A stretch of DNA of 64,000 bases from Corynebacterium sp. (GCA_030528295.1 JAUMZC010000001.1:29444-93443), one strand, 5' to 3'. Positions 20,624-31,968 are shown, numbered from the stretch's first letter. Numbers and translations: made by a program. Notes: generated from the letters alone by a model not told the origin.

Positions 20624-22099
20624 TTATTCAACCTTAGACGTATCGACCGGCAACCAGTCATAGAATTTGTCACCTGCACTTGGCGGCGCACCATGGTATT
20701 TCAAGTGCCGCTCATATTGCCGCTTTCGTTTTCGGTAGAACGTGGTGCCCCACCGACCTAACCCTTTCCTGCTTGGAGGTCTTGTCTGGTGTTCGGGTCT
20801 TTCGGTTGCCTCCGAATGTCTCGTGGTAATCCCTTCTTCCAGGCCTCTAATGATTCCTCCGAGCGGACCTCTCGGGATAGTTTTCACGGTGGTACCATCT
20901 CGAAACTCCCAGGTTATTATCCCTTCCGCGGTGCTGGTCGCATGTACGTGCCGGTCGGTTTTGAGGTTGTGGTGTGTTCGGCACAGGCACTGCAGGTTTG
21001 AGAGTGTGGTCCAACCGCCGGCGGCGTGGTTGATCACGTGGTCAATGTCGCAACGTGTGGCGTCGACGGTGCATCCGGGGAAGCAGCACATCCCATCACG
21101 AAGCCTGGTGAGAAACCGCTGCTTCGGTGTTGGGTCGTGGGCAGTGCGGCAGATTTTCGCAACCTCTAACGCATCGACGTAAGCCGCATTCTTGGAGAGA
21201 CGAACACTCTGGGTGGTGGTTAACTGCCCAACACCTTGCGCATAGGAAATAGTTGCTTCTGTATCTTTGGGGAGGTCTCCCACTCCGAAGATTACGGTTG
21301 TGTGTGGCGCCACCCCGAGATCTTGACCACTGAGTGCCGCGACCACCACTTCTACCCGTGGCATATCAAGATCTTTCGCGGCTTTTTTCAGGTGGTCTTC
21401 AACGATATATGCGGTATCGCTAGCCATGGTTACTTCCATGGTCGTCGCACCCGGATGAACAGTGGGGACGAAGCGAACTCCGAAATATCCTTCTGCCGGT
21501 TGTGGTTGTCCTGTTGCCGTCATCGGTACACGTGAAACTTCCTTGTCTTCCTCCAAATCAGGCTCGGTCTGTTGGGTTTCCGGCTCGGGTTCAGGCTGCA
21601 ACTCCAGGTCTTCATAACAACCTTGCCGGATTAATTCATCACGCAATACGCGCTGTACATACGGCCACGTTGGTAGTGCCTGCTTGGGCTGCGTTGGAGT
21701 GAATATACCTACCAGGAAGTCGTCGAGTTTCTCCCACAATGAACTGGGCGCTCGCAAACACGGTGCACCGAGGAGTGTTGTCCAAATGGTCCGCATAAGA
21801 TTTACATCGAGTAAACCCCAGTTCAATGCGTGTTCTTTAAATTGGGGGAGGTAGTTGTGCAGTAACACGCAGCATTGCACTATGTAGCGCATGCGGGTCG
21901 TCGAAAAGTGACCACAGCAGGCGACCAGCTTCTTTACAATCAAATCCAGATTGTCGGTCATCAGGTCCAAATTCTTGGTCGCCTCAAGAAAAATGCTTAA
22001 TACAGCCTTATTTTGCGCCGCGAGCACCATGCCATAGGGATTATCGGGATGATGCAAATAGAAACCCGCAGGCTCTACGGTCTCCTGCGTCTTCTCCAT
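20624..22099 (-). CDS. HNH endonuclease domain protein (DUF222/13E12-like family)
   Basis: RDGMCCFPGC..CDIDHV..GGWTTLSNLQCLCRTHHNLKT HNH motif; AGGAGG SD before ATG 22099. Confidence 0.85.
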   Translation of the reverse strand: MEKTQETVEPAGFYLHHPDNPYGMVLAAQNKAVLSIFLEATKNLDLMTDNLDLIVKKLVACCGHFSTTRMRYIVQCCVLLHNYLPQFKEHALNWGLLDVNLMRTIWTTLLGAPCLRAPSSLWEKLDDFLVGIFTPTQPKQALPTWPYVQRVLRDELIRQGCYEDLELQPEPEPETQQTEPDLEEDKEVSRVPMTATGQPQPAEGYFGVRFVPTVHPGATTMEVTMASDTAYIVEDHLKKAAKDLDMPRVEVVVAALSGQDLGVAPHTTVIFGVGDLPKDTEATISYAQGVGQLTTTQSVRLSKNAAYVDALEVAKICRTAHDPTPKQRFLTRLRDGMCCFPGCTVDATRCDIDHVINHAAGGWTTLSNLQCLCRTHHNLKTDRHVHATSTAEGIITWEFRDGTTVKTIPRGPLGGIIRGLEEGITTRHSEATERPEHQTRPPSRKGLGRWGTTFYRKRKRQYERHLKYHGAPPSAGDKFYDWLPVDTSKVE

Positions 22100-22581
22100 G
22101 TTGCACCACCCTCCTAACCTTGCCCTACCCCAAAGCCCCAATCGGTGTATAGCACCTATACTATCATGAAAACTGCAGGTCAGCAACGTTTTTTGCCAAG
22201 TTTTAACATTGTCCTCGACCCAATACAGCACCCCCACACAGCCCCGTTACCAGCAGAAACAACACCGAGACGAGAAGCGCACAATACACTTACCGCAAAT
22301 CAGCTACAAAGGCCCTCGATACCTAATCCAACCCAGAATGCCGTACATAACCCCGATAACGAAAGAAAACGCATATAAGTAACTAAATTGACCCTAACCG
22401 CCACAAAACACCGGAATAAAAAACATGTGAAATAGCGCACTAATGAAAGTACACTGCACCGCCCCATAACGGGGGTGAATAACCCGGCCGTAACCGGCAA
22501 AACCAACCTTCACCCAATGGGCGTCGATAAGCAAACAATAACGTCACTGTGACGCTAAACCTTATATGCGATACTGATGGT

Positions 22582-22947
22582 ATGACTTGCTCACGCCGAC
22601 TATTTCTTGTTGCCACAGCGACCACCTTTGGCGGCGCATTATTGGCAGCCTGTGGAAGCACAACCACAGAAATCCCCGCCGCCGACGTCCCCGTAGGAAA
22701 AGCTATCGTGATCGACGGTTTTATTATCGCGCAGCCAACCAAGGGCGTGTATAAAGCGTACTCCGCGAGCTGCCCGCACCAGGGGAGCCCCATTTCCGTT
22801 GTGCATGACGATGGAACGGTCGAATGCCCCAACCATCATTCCATTTTCTCGATCGAGGACGGCTCCGTAATCTCTGGCCCCTCCCGCGCGGGAATGATGC
22901 CCGCAAAGCTCACCGCTGATGGAGACAAACTGCAAGCTGCTTTATGA
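22582..22947 (+). CDS. Rieske (2Fe-2S) protein, Tat lipoprotein
   Basis: SRRLFL twin-arginine signal, LAAC lipobox, CPHQG...CPNH Rieske ligands. Confidence 0.9.
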   Translation: MTCSRRLFLVATATTFGGALLAACGSTTTEIPAADVPVGKAIVIDGFIIAQPTKGVYKAYSASCPHQGSPISVVHDDGTVECPNHHSIFSIEDGSVISGPSRAGMMPAKLTADGDKLQAAL

Positions 22948-22975
22948 CGCCCAGCCAACTCAAGAAACGCTGTAA

Positions 22976-22991
22976 TGTTTCACGTGAAACA
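22976..22991. promoter_or_regulatory. parS: parS site
   Basis: Perfect TGTTTCACGTGAAACA, intergenic. Confidence 0.92.
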
Positions 22992-23043
22992 TACTTAGCG
23001 CCCAAGGTATCTTTCAGCGAACTTGGTGAAGTAACGTAACATT

Positions 23044-23991
23044 ATGCGACTTAAAAAACCAGATCCGCTTATTGTTCTTATAATCCTCGCAGTCATTCTT
23101 GCTCTGATTGCACCCATCTACGGACAAGCAGCGGATTGGTTTAGCTTCGCCACAAAGATTGCGATAGCACTTCTTTTCTTCCTGTATGGTGCTCGGCTAT
23201 CCACCACCGAAGCAATTGCGGGCCTCAAACATTGGCGTCTGCACCTGACCATCCTCTGCTTTACCTATATCGCGTTTCCGCTTATTGGATTAGCGCTGCA
23301 ACCGACCAGCCCATGGATAGGGGAGGACCTATATCTCGGTATCCTTTATCTCACGCTTGTGCCGTCGACGGTGCAATCCTCTGTCGCATTCACATCCATC
23401 GCGCGCGGCAATGTCGCTGGCGCAATCGTCAGTGCCTCCGCATCGAACCTTTTAGGAGTCGTTGCGACGCCGCTGTTGGTGATGTTGTGCATGGCCCGCA
23501 ATTCCGTAACCATCAACGGGGGAGTATTCCTCGATATTGCGATACAGCTTTTGTTGCCGTTCCTTGCGGGACAATTGTGTCGGCCGTGGATTAAAACATT
23601 CGCAGCCAGCCAAGCAACAAAGATCGTTGATCGCGGCTCCATTGCTATGGTGGTCTATTCCGCTTTTTCCGCCGGTGTAATCGGTGGGATATGGGACCGA
23701 CTCGGCGCAATTCAGCTGATTGGGCTCATTATATTCTCTGTAGTGCTGGTTGCCGCCATGTTGTTTATTACGCGGCTCGTTGCCCAAAAGCTGCGCTTTG
23801 ATGAGGCAGATACCATTGCCATCCAATTTTGCGGCACAAAAAAATCTTTGGCCACAGGTCTCCCAATGGCGGCGGTTATCTTCGGAGGAGCCAATATTGG
23901 CCTCCTCATTCTCCCCTTAATGATCTTCCATCAAGTGCAGCTCATGATGTGTTCCGCGTTGGCGTCCAGGTACGCCTTGCGTCCGGAATAA
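23044..23991 (+). CDS. Bile acid:sodium symporter family protein
   Basis: PSTVQSSVAFTSIARGN and FCGTKKSLATG motifs; about 10 TM segments. Confidence 0.9.
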   Translation: MRLKKPDPLIVLIILAVILALIAPIYGQAADWFSFATKIAIALLFFLYGARLSTTEAIAGLKHWRLHLTILCFTYIAFPLIGLALQPTSPWIGEDLYLGILYLTLVPSTVQSSVAFTSIARGNVAGAIVSASASNLLGVVATPLLVMLCMARNSVTINGGVFLDIAIQLLLPFLAGQLCRPWIKTFAASQATKIVDRGSIAMVVYSAFSAGVIGGIWDRLGAIQLIGLIIFSVVLVAAMLFITRLVAQKLRFDEADTIAIQFCGTKKSLATGLPMAAVIFGGANIGLLILPLMIFHQVQLMMCSALASRYALRPE

Positions 23992-24004
23992 GAAACAAGC
24001 AGAC

Positions 24005-24020
24005 TATTTCACGTGAAAGA
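24005..24020. promoter_or_regulatory. Degenerate parS site
   Basis: TATTTCACGTGAAAGA, two mismatches to consensus. Confidence 0.5.
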
Positions 24021-24318
24021 ATTGTACGTAAAAACGACCTTCGCTGAACCGAACCTTGCCGCTACGGTTCATATTGCAGAATTAGCCCCGATTCAAGGCA
24101 CCAACATGTGTACGATGACCCGCCTCATTGAGATGTTGGACGGACAGAATGTTACTGGTATCTGGTCCTCGAAGGGAACCAATAAAGGACTAATGAACAA
24201 GCCAAATAAGCATGTTCCGCATCCTGATTCCTACGGAGATTTCCCCGATATTAACGTTGAAATGATTTCTCACCTTGAGTTTGAAGGTATTTGGTTAGAG
24301 GCAAACGCCAACCTGTGA
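24013..24318 (+). CDS. Hypothetical protein
   Basis: 101-aa ORF filling the gap between the symporter and parS; globular-looking (VPHPDSYGDFPDI..FEGIWLEA); start uncertain. Confidence 0.6.
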   Translation: MKELYVKTTFAEPNLAATVHIAELAPIQGTNMCTMTRLIEMLDGQNVTGIWSSKGTNKGLMNKPNKHVPHPDSYGDFPDINVEMISHLEFEGIWLEANANL

Positions 24319-24344
24319 ACCGCGCCCGCACGACAAAATTCCAT

Positions 24345-24370
24345 CTGAATGTTTCACGTGAAACATTCAG
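24345..24370. promoter_or_regulatory. parS: parS site within a 26-bp perfect palindrome between convergent genes
   Basis: CTGAA-TGTTTCACGTGAAACA-TTCAG. Confidence 0.92.
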
Positions 24371-24372
24371 GC

Positions 24373-24978
24373 CTAGTTATCCATAGTGTCAACAGGGAAT
24401 GTTGAGAACAGCGGTAGTGGGAAATTTTGGCGGCGCATCACATCGCCCCAAACATCCGTGTTTCCGGGTGCGATCACATCAGAGGGGAGGGCTGGAGCAA
24501 CGAACCAATCACCCCGGGAGATCTCTTGATCCAACTGCCCGGGCGCCCATTCTGCAAAACCAGCAAACAATCGAATGCCGTCTAAATAATCCACAATTTC
24601 ATTGGGATCAGCTCGAAGATCAACATGAACAATTCGGTTGGCCAGCTTCTTAAACACCTCATGTTCGTTTTCTTGAACACCAAGTTTAGTCACGCCAACC
24701 CCTACAACACTTTCTTGGTGCAGTGGTCCACCAAGATATAGCGCCTGCGGTTTGGCCACGCATGGCAGCCATTCCGGCATCACGTTGGCAACCGCAACTT
24801 CCAAGCGAGACGTTAAATTCACACCGAACGTCATGTACTGGCTATGTTCAACAATCAGTATTACACTGCGCGCGAAATCTTCGGAGTACATACCTGGCGC
24901 AGCCACCAACAACGTTCCCGGCTGTGGATCATTTCGCTCTAGCGCCAAAAAGAGTCGATCTGCAAAATAGTTTTCCAT
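24373..24978 (-). CDS. YqgE/AlgH family protein
   Basis: LLVAAP..FARSVILI, YLGGP and FAGFAEWAPGQLDQEI..W motifs. Confidence 0.9.
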   Translation of the reverse strand: MENYFADRLFLALERNDPQPGTLLVAAPGMYSEDFARSVILIVEHSQYMTFGVNLTSRLEVAVANVMPEWLPCVAKPQALYLGGPLHQESVVGVGVTKLGVQENEHEVFKKLANRIVHVDLRADPNEIVDYLDGIRLFAGFAEWAPGQLDQEISRGDWFVAPALPSDVIAPGNTDVWGDVMRRQNFPLPLFSTFPVDTMDN

Positions 24979-25032
24979 GGGACCTCATTTCGAATTAGCT
25001 GGATCCTCATCAATCCTGCCACATTCAGCACA

Positions 25033-26454
25033 TTAACGCTGTTCAGCCCACCAAACCTTGAGTGCCTCGATTGCTTCTTCGCGTTCCAAAGGGCCACGTT
25101 CCAAACGTAGCTCTTTCAGAAATGACCACGCTTTACCAACATCGGGCCCAGGCTGAAGCCCTAACAATTCCATAATTTCATTGCCATTGAGATCCGGGCG
25201 TACCCTTGCCAAATCTTCCTTCTCTGCAAGGTCTTTGATCCGCTCTTCTAAATGATCACACGTTCGTTGCAAACGTTGTGCTTTCCGTTTATTCCGAGTT
25301 GTGCAATCGGCGCGCACCAGTTTTAACAACTGGGGGAGTAGCTTTCCAGCATCGGTGACGTACCGCCGCACCGCAGAATCTGTCCATTGCCCCTCACCGA
25401 AACCATGGAACCTCATGTGAAGGTAAATCAACTGACTCACATCTTGAACCATTTGTTTCGAGTATTTCAACGACCGCATCCGCTTACGAACAAGTTTCGC
25501 ACCCACAACTTCATGGTGGTGGAATGTCACACCGCCGCCTGGTTTCAATGCTCGTGTGGCAGGTTTACCGCAATCATGAAGGAACGCCGCCCAACGAAGC
25601 ACTAGATCTGGGCCGTCTTCTTCCTGTTCAATTGCTTGTCGCAATACCTGCATTGAATGGGCATAGACGTCTTTGTGTTGCATGTGTTCGTCTTGTGTCA
25701 GTTTCATTCCCGGGATCTCGGGGAACACATAGTCCGCGATATGCGTGTTCACCATCAGGTTTAGCCCAGTCCACGGAGCCCTGCCCACCATGAGTTTGTC
25801 TAATTCAGCACGTACACGCTCGGCAGTAATGCGTTGTATTTCCGAGGACATGTCTTGCATTGCCTCACGCACGCGATCAGCCACGCTAAAACCGAGTTGC
25901 GAAACAAAGCGAGCAGCGCGAAGCATACGCAATGGATCATCATTGAATGAGATTTCCGGCGCATCGGGTGTATCCAGCCGTTTTGCTTGCAAATCTGCAA
26001 ACCCTCCAGTCGGATCATAGAACGTGAACTCACCATTGGGGTGGATTTCCATGGCCATGGCATTGACTTTGAAATCTCGCCTAATAAGGTCGCCTTCCAA
26101 TGTATCGCCGAAGGTGACCTCAGGATTCCGGGACATTCCATCATATAAATCAGAACGGAATGTAGTGATCTCGATTTGGCTGCCGTTTTTTTCTGCGGAT
26201 AGTGTTCCGAATTCAATACCCGTATCCCAAACGGTATCTGCGTAATTATCAAGGATTTCTCGCACTACATCCGGCCGCGCTGCCGTGGTGAAGTCAAGGT
26301 CGTTGCCAAGTTCACCTAGGAAGGCATCCCGAACCGAACCTCCTACCAGGTAGATAGGGTACCCACGCTCGGCGAACGCTTGAGCTAAAGGTACGAGCAC
26401 GTCAAGTACGGCTTCAAGTTCTTTGTGCAGAATATCCTCATTTGTCACGGTCAT
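25033..26454 (-). CDS. pcnA: CCA tRNA nucleotidyltransferase / poly(A) polymerase family with HD domain
   Basis: [33 protein letters not shown] and LHDCGK motifs. Confidence 0.93.
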   Translation of the reverse strand: MTVTNEDILHKELEAVLDVLVPLAQAFAERGYPIYLVGGSVRDAFLGELGNDLDFTTAARPDVVREILDNYADTVWDTGIEFGTLSAEKNGSQIEITTFRSDLYDGMSRNPEVTFGDTLEGDLIRRDFKVNAMAMEIHPNGEFTFYDPTGGFADLQAKRLDTPDAPEISFNDDPLRMLRAARFVSQLGFSVADRVREAMQDMSSEIQRITAERVRAELDKLMVGRAPWTGLNLMVNTHIADYVFPEIPGMKLTQDEHMQHKDVYAHSMQVLRQAIEQEEDGPDLVLRWAAFLHDCGKPATRALKPGGGVTFHHHEVVGAKLVRKRMRSLKYSKQMVQDVSQLIYLHMRFHGFGEGQWTDSAVRRYVTDAGKLLPQLLKLVRADCTTRNKRKAQRLQRTCDHLEERIKDLAEKEDLARVRPDLNGNEIMELLGLQPGPDVGKAWSFLKELRLERGPLEREEAIEALKVWWAEQR

Positions 26455-26481
26455 GAGTCTACTCGTTGGTTTGATACCATC

Positions 26482-27120
26482 ATGAGGATGAGTGAGAAGG
26501 AACGTCAGCAGGGTGGCGCTAATCGTAAGCGCCGTCGCCGTCGGAAGCGTCCGGCGCAGCAGCGACGTCGTTCTCCCCAAGCGCGGGGGCAGAAGTCTCG
26601 GCGCCAGTCAACCCGCATGCGCACCAGTGATGAAACTTCTGCTGGCGGGCTTGTTGTATCAGGACTGGCGGAAGCTGTACAACCTGATGGCAGTGTAGAT
26701 TTCAGCCGAATTTATGTTGCGCTTATTGGCAGACTTGACCGTCGTGGGCGGCTTCTCTGGTCTATGCCCAAGGGACATGTTGAAGACGGGGAAGATCGCG
26801 CATCAACGGCTGAACGTGAAGTTTGGGAAGAAACTGGTGTCCACGGCGAAGTGTTCGCTGACCTTGGCGTGATCGATTATTGGTTTGTCTCGGATGGCAC
26901 TCGGATTCATAAAACGGTTCACCACCACCTGCTGAGGTATCGCGATGGTGATCTCAACGATGAGGACCCTGAAGTCACTGAGGTTTCGTGGATTCCGGTC
27001 AGCGAGTTGATTGAACGGCTTGCCTACGCGGATGAACGGAAACTTGCCCGCAAAGCACATGACTTGCTGCCTGATCTCGCTCGTCAAGAGCAATTGGAGG
27101 GAAGGGCGACACCGCAGTGA
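26482..27120 (+). CDS. NUDIX hydrolase (MutT4-like) with Arg-rich N-terminus
   Basis: [22 protein letters not shown] Nudix box; conserved position upstream of murJ. Confidence 0.9.
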   Translation: MRMSEKERQQGGANRKRRRRRKRPAQQRRRSPQARGQKSRRQSTRMRTSDETSAGGLVVSGLAEAVQPDGSVDFSRIYVALIGRLDRRGRLLWSMPKGHVEDGEDRASTAEREVWEETGVHGEVFADLGVIDYWFVSDGTRIHKTVHHHLLRYRDGDLNDEDPEVTEVSWIPVSELIERLAYADERKLARKAHDLLPDLARQEQLEGRATPQ

Positions 27121-29447
27121 GACGATGGATTCCACTCATGGTTGTGCCGTTCTTGGCAATTCCGTGGGCAGGTGCTTTGCCAGTCCCGACCCGCCCCGAC
27201 GATCCTGCCGTTGCCAGCCAATGGCAATTCCCCAAAGTTCGTAGTGTTGATGCGCAATCAAGCGTAAAAGTTGACATCACCGAAGCCTTTGTCGTTGATA
27301 ACAACGTTCGAATAGAGGCAACGATCCGCAATGATGCAACACAAAAAGCGGATGATCTTTCAGTTCGAATACAACGTGCAGCCCCGGTAACTACTACTAG
27401 TGAAGCCCATCAGATACTTTCTGAGCCAGAATCAAATTTTGGCATTCACGCTGGTGATTTCCGGGATCTCAATTGGTCGCTGGAACCTGGGGAGTCCAAG
27501 GACGCCTCCTGGACAATCCCACTCGAGTCTCTTGGTCTGACCGAACCAGGAACCTACCCTCTGTTGGTCAACCTCAATGGCCAAATCGGCGGCGCTATTG
27601 TTTCCTATTTGCATTCGAGCCGTGTGCTACTAGAGATTCCGCCGGAAACGGAGGCTCCGAAAACACCGGTTGGTTTCACCATGCTGTGGCCGTTGAGCGC
27701 AGACACCGGTTTAGTCGCAGGAGAGACCGGGGAAGCTCCTGGTAGATCGCCGTTGATACTGCATGATGAGCGGCTCGCCAGTGAGCTTATCGACGGCGGG
27801 CGGCTCGACCAGCTCGTCGATGACGCCATTGCTGCAACCACCGACCCAAACAACACGAGTTTGCGGGAATCGCTCTGTATCGCTATCGACCCTGAGCTCC
27901 TCGATGTTGTAGAACGCATGAGCCATGGATATTCGGTCGGTTCCGAACGTCCCAGCCCGGTTGCGCAAAAGAAGCGGCTTCGCGATAGCTGGGGAACGGC
28001 GGAAAATACCGACCTTGTTCCAGGTACTTCCCAATTGGTTGCGGGCGAGTGGTTGGCTAAAGTTCGAACACTTGCAGAAAACGGATGCACCGTGCCGCTG
28101 CCATGGGCGGATACCGACGTGGATGCGGTATCACGCACGGGAAATGAGTGGCTGATGCGGGAAGCCCTTGCCCGCGGCCCGGAAGTTCTTGAACGTATTC
28201 TTGGCGTAAAACCTGAACGAAACATCGTTATCCCTGGTTCTGGCTATGTTTCGCACCCTGGGCCATTGGTATATGCCGCGACGACAAACCCTTCCACAGC
28301 GTGGGAGAGGCAACAACCAATGGAGGCGACAGAAGGCGGCCCGGAGCCATCGTTATTCGACCCCAAGTTGCCGAACACAATTTCGAATGCAGCGCCATCC
28401 GGATCGCTGGTACACGTGTTAGTCGCAGATAATTCACTGCCACCAGCGACCCCCGGGGTTCACGCCATTCCGTATCATGCGGGACTTGCGGAATCCTTAG
28501 CGGCAGTGGGGGATAAGCCACTCACACAGGGGTTTAGCACAGAGAGTCGACGTTATGATCACTCCGCCGACGGTGAGCATGCGCGCAGTGCGGTGGCCGC
28601 GACGTCGATACGCTTGGCGCTGCAGGAGGGCAATCCGGTGCTGGCCGTACCCCCGTCGACGATCGCTTCGCCCACCGCCGGTGCTGCGCTTCTCGACGCC
28701 GCGGCAAAGGCGCTCAACGAAGGTTTAGCTGAGCCGCAAACGTTGCGCAAATACCTCGAAAAAGTGGATCCCGGTGAAGGCGGAGGAGTGCCTTTTACGG
28801 ACCCGGGAGCCCCTACGGACACTGAAGTTCTTCGGGCCACTCAGCAGGCAAACTATATTGATGATCTCACTGGTCTGATGGTGAACGACCCGCTCATCGC
28901 GATGAGCAGGTATGACTTCACAACCCCGTTGCGTCGGGACATGCTGCGTGCTCTCGGTTCCGCTATTCGGCGCGATCCCAAAAACTATTTGGCAACCACA
29001 GCACGTGCCGATCAAACATTAAACGGCAACCGGGACATGCTGCAGCAGCTCCGGGCGTCGGTTTCGTTGCTACCCCCCGGAAATGTGTATACCCGGACGT
29101 CCGAATCCTCTCCACTATTGATCGTTGCACGTAATGGTCTTCCATTGCCGGTGATCGCAAATATTCGTTACACCGGCGACGGCATCATTCACACACCGGA
29201 ATCGTTGCGGATTCCGGCGAAAGGTTCCATCACTACACAAATGACCGCTGACTTGGAATCTCATAGCGATCGCGCCGACCTTACCGTGTGGTTAGCCTCA
29301 TCGGATAGCGCCGCAATTAGCGATCCTGTGGAAATCAGTGTGCAAACAAGGACTGGCTTCAACAGCATCAGTGGATTGCTTGCTGCAGCTGGCCTTGGCG
29401 TCGCACTGGCCGCCCGCATCATTCGAAGCAACAGGCGTAAAGGGTAG
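27117..29447 (+). CDS. Conserved secreted/membrane-anchored protein (DUF6049/Rv3909-like)
   Basis: 776 aa; N-terminal signal, C-terminal TM plus basic tail; lies between the NUDIX gene and murJ. Confidence 0.75.
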   Translation: MRRWIPLMVVPFLAIPWAGALPVPTRPDDPAVASQWQFPKVRSVDAQSSVKVDITEAFVVDNNVRIEATIRNDATQKADDLSVRIQRAAPVTTTSEAHQILSEPESNFGIHAGDFRDLNWSLEPGESKDASWTIPLESLGLTEPGTYPLLVNLNGQIGGAIVSYLHSSRVLLEIPPETEAPKTPVGFTMLWPLSADTGLVAGETGEAPGRSPLILHDERLASELIDGGRLDQLVDDAIAATTDPNNTSLRESLCIAIDPELLDVVERMSHGYSVGSERPSPVAQKKRLRDSWGTAENTDLVPGTSQLVAGEWLAKVRTLAENGCTVPLPWADTDVDAVSRTGNEWLMREALARGPEVLERILGVKPERNIVIPGSGYVSHPGPLVYAATTNPSTAWERQQPMEATEGGPEPSLFDPKLPNTISNAAPSGSLVHVLVADNSLPPATPGVHAIPYHAGLAESLAAVGDKPLTQGFSTESRRYDHSADGEHARSAVAATSIRLALQEGNPVLAVPPSTIASPTAGAALLDAAAKALNEGLAEPQTLRKYLEKVDPGEGGGVPFTDPGAPTDTEVLRATQQANYIDDLTGLMVNDPLIAMSRYDFTTPLRRDMLRALGSAIRRDPKNYLATTARADQTLNGNRDMLQQLRASVSLLPPGNVYTRTSESSPLLIVARNGLPLPVIANIRYTGDGIIHTPESLRIPAKGSITTQMTADLESHSDRADLTVWLASSDSAAISDPVEISVQTRTGFNSISGLLAAAGLGVALAARIIRSNRRKG

Positions 29448-29496
29448 CTCGCCCCTGTAATGTGCAACTCTCGCACGAATCACTCACAATGGTGAA

Positions 29497-31968
29497 GTGA
29501 ACCAGAACGAATCCTGGCAACGTAGCCGCATTATCACGCCCGCGCCACCGGCGCCTGTGATTAAGCCTAAACCGCAGGTCATCGAAGCAATCGACGAGGT
29601 TGAGGAAACCTCAGATGGCGATGTGGTTCGCTCTACTGGCTCGATGGCAATCGCCACCCTGTTCAGCCGCGTTACTGGCTTTTTACGCACGGTGGCAATC
29701 GGTTCCTCACTTGGTACGGCGGTAGCGTCTGCTTTTAACGCTGCAAACACGCTGCCGAACCTAATTACCGAGATTGTCCTTGGCACGGTGCTTACCTCAC
29801 TGATTGTCCCGGTTCTTGTTAGAGCCGAGAAGGAGGATGAGGACCAAGGCGCGGCGTTTATCCGAAGACTTTTCACACTCTCAGTCACGTTATTGACTGT
29901 TGTGACACTCATATCGTTGGCAACAGCTACGTGGATTACCAGGATGCAGCTGGGATCTGAAGGGCAAGTAAACCTCAGTCAAGCCACCGCGATCGCGTAT
30001 TTGGTATTGCCGCAGATTTTCTTCTACGGCATATTTTCCCTGTTTACTGCGGTACTGAATACTAAAGGTGTGTTCCGACCAGGCGCTTGGGCGCCGGTGG
30101 TCAATAACATCATCTGTTTGGTGGTTTTGGCTACATACTGGTTATTGCCTGGAAAACTGGACCCTGACGAGCCAGTGAGCATTACAAACCCCCATATTTT
30201 GTTACTGGGCATAGGAACGACACTGGGTATTGTTGTCCAGGCGTTGATTATGTTGCCGTCGATGTGGAAACTCGGAATCAGCCTGAAACCCCTGTGGGGC
30301 ATTGACGAACGCTTGAAGCAATTCGGTGGAATGGCGCTGGCCATCATCGTGTATGTGGGCATCTCACAAGCTGGCCTGATTATTGCTACACGCATTGCAT
30401 CTCACAGCGATTCCAGAGCAATTACCATTTACCAATCCGCCTGGCTGCTGCTACAGGTACCCTACGGCGTTATTGGCGTGACCTTGCTGACAGCGATTAT
30501 GCCGCGCCTTAGCCGCAATGCAGCGGATGGTGACAATGAAGCGGTGGTCAATGACCTCAAGGTCGCATCCAAATTGACAATGATGGCCTTGCTTCCAGTC
30601 ATCGTCTTCTTTACCGCCTTCGGCCGGCAACTTGCCCACGCGCTTTTCGCCTATGGTGCCTTTGATAATGAGTCCGCTGATCTGCTCGGCTCAACGCTGT
30701 CCTATTCAGCATTCACGCTGATTCCGTACGCACTAGTATTGCTCCATCTACGCGTGTTTTATGCACGCGAAGAAGCCTGGACCCCAACATTTATTATCGC
30801 CGGAATTACTGGCACCAAAGTAGTGCTGAGCTATTTGGCAATATATTTTGCTTCCGCGCCGAGCCATGTGGTGATTCTGCTTGGCGCAGCGAATGGCTGT
30901 GGCTTTATTTCCGGTGCCGTGATCGGTGGATTCCTACTGCGCCGTAAGCTTGGCCCACTGGGAACCCGCGAGGTTATGCGAACATGCATTTGGGCAATCG
31001 GATCTTCCTTGGTTGGCGTTGCATTCGCCTGGTTGGTCGATTACGGGATCAGCTTAGTGACCACGGAAAGCAATATTTGGTTCGTCGTCCGAGTTGGCCT
31101 CAGCGGCATTGTCTTCCTCGCACTTACCGGTGTGGTGCTGTCCCGTTCCGGCCTCCAAGAGCTCAGCTCCCTCGGCGCAATCGTCAACCGTATTCCTGGC
31201 CTCCGGACCACTTCCGTGGAAGCAACCCAGCTTCTCACTCTGGACTCCTTAAGCGCCACACCTGGCCCGATGTCTGGTGGTGCAGTTCACGCACCACGGC
31301 TTATGGCTGGTGCCCTCGTGGCGAATGGCGAATTCCGGTTGCTAGCGCCGCACGGCGAATCAAACGGCGCGAAATTCTGGCATGCGCGTGAAGTAGCCAC
31401 CGAAAAAGAGGTGGCGTTAGTGTTCATCGATGATCCTGACCACGAAATTGCGAAACGAACCGTGGAACTTGGCAATAAACAACTCCCAGGCGTAGCCCCA
31501 ATTTCCGGAGTGCTCACAGACAACTGGGGTTCGATCGTGGTGGCGGAGTGGACTCCTGGTGTGAGCTGGAGCAGTATCCAAGAGGCAAGTCCACGCGCAG
31601 CTGCCCATGCGCTGCAAGCCTTAGCATTAGCGCCATGCCCATTGGGCATTGACAGTCCACAGCGCCTGCGAATCACGAGCGAGGGCAAAGCGATATTGGC
31701 GTTCCCAGCAATTGTTGTGGAGCAACCAGATCAACTCAACACGGCTTTACACGCGGTGGTTGATACGGACAAGACAGTAAATGAACTACTCCAATTAACT
31801 GACGATTACGCCAAGCTACATCCAGAGGCTGAGGCAACGCCCGAGCCCGAAAACCAAGCAAGCTTTGGTGATGGTTACTCTCGGGTGATGACCATCGTCA
31901 TTGCAGTACTTACGGTGTTCCTTGTCTCCGTGGCAGCTGTTGCAACGATGGTGCTCTTTGGCCCTTAA
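29497..31968 (+). CDS. murJ: Lipid II flippase MurJ/MviN with cytoplasmic pseudokinase-like domain
   Basis: SRVTGFLR, AFNAANTLPN and PQIFFYG MviN motifs, followed by a kinase-like region and one TM. Confidence 0.92.
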   Translation: MNQNESWQRSRIITPAPPAPVIKPKPQVIEAIDEVEETSDGDVVRSTGSMAIATLFSRVTGFLRTVAIGSSLGTAVASAFNAANTLPNLITEIVLGTVLTSLIVPVLVRAEKEDEDQGAAFIRRLFTLSVTLLTVVTLISLATATWITRMQLGSEGQVNLSQATAIAYLVLPQIFFYGIFSLFTAVLNTKGVFRPGAWAPVVNNIICLVVLATYWLLPGKLDPDEPVSITNPHILLLGIGTTLGIVVQALIMLPSMWKLGISLKPLWGIDERLKQFGGMALAIIVYVGISQAGLIIATRIASHSDSRAITIYQSAWLLLQVPYGVIGVTLLTAIMPRLSRNAADGDNEAVVNDLKVASKLTMMALLPVIVFFTAFGRQLAHALFAYGAFDNESADLLGSTLSYSAFTLIPYALVLLHLRVFYAREEAWTPTFIIAGITGTKVVLSYLAIYFASAPSHVVILLGAANGCGFISGAVIGGFLLRRKLGPLGTREVMRTCIWAIGSSLVGVAFAWLVDYGISLVTTESNIWFVVRVGLSGIVFLALTGVVLSRSGLQELSSLGAIVNRIPGLRTTSVEATQLLTLDSLSATPGPMSGGAVHAPRLMAGALVANGEFRLLAPHGESNGAKFWHAREVATEKEVALVFIDDPDHEIAKRTVELGNKQLPGVAPISGVLTDNWGSIVVAEWTPGVSWSSIQEASPRAAAHALQALALAPCPLGIDSPQRLRITSEGKAILAFPAIVVEQPDQLNTALHAVVDTDKTVNELLQLTDDYAKLHPEAEATPEPENQASFGDGYSRVMTIVIAVLTVFLVSVAAVATMVLFGP

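Noticed and set aside
13461-21539. parS-like half sites at 13461, 16578, 20284 and 21524
   Set aside because: Four or more mismatches and inside coding sequence; not supportable as functional sites
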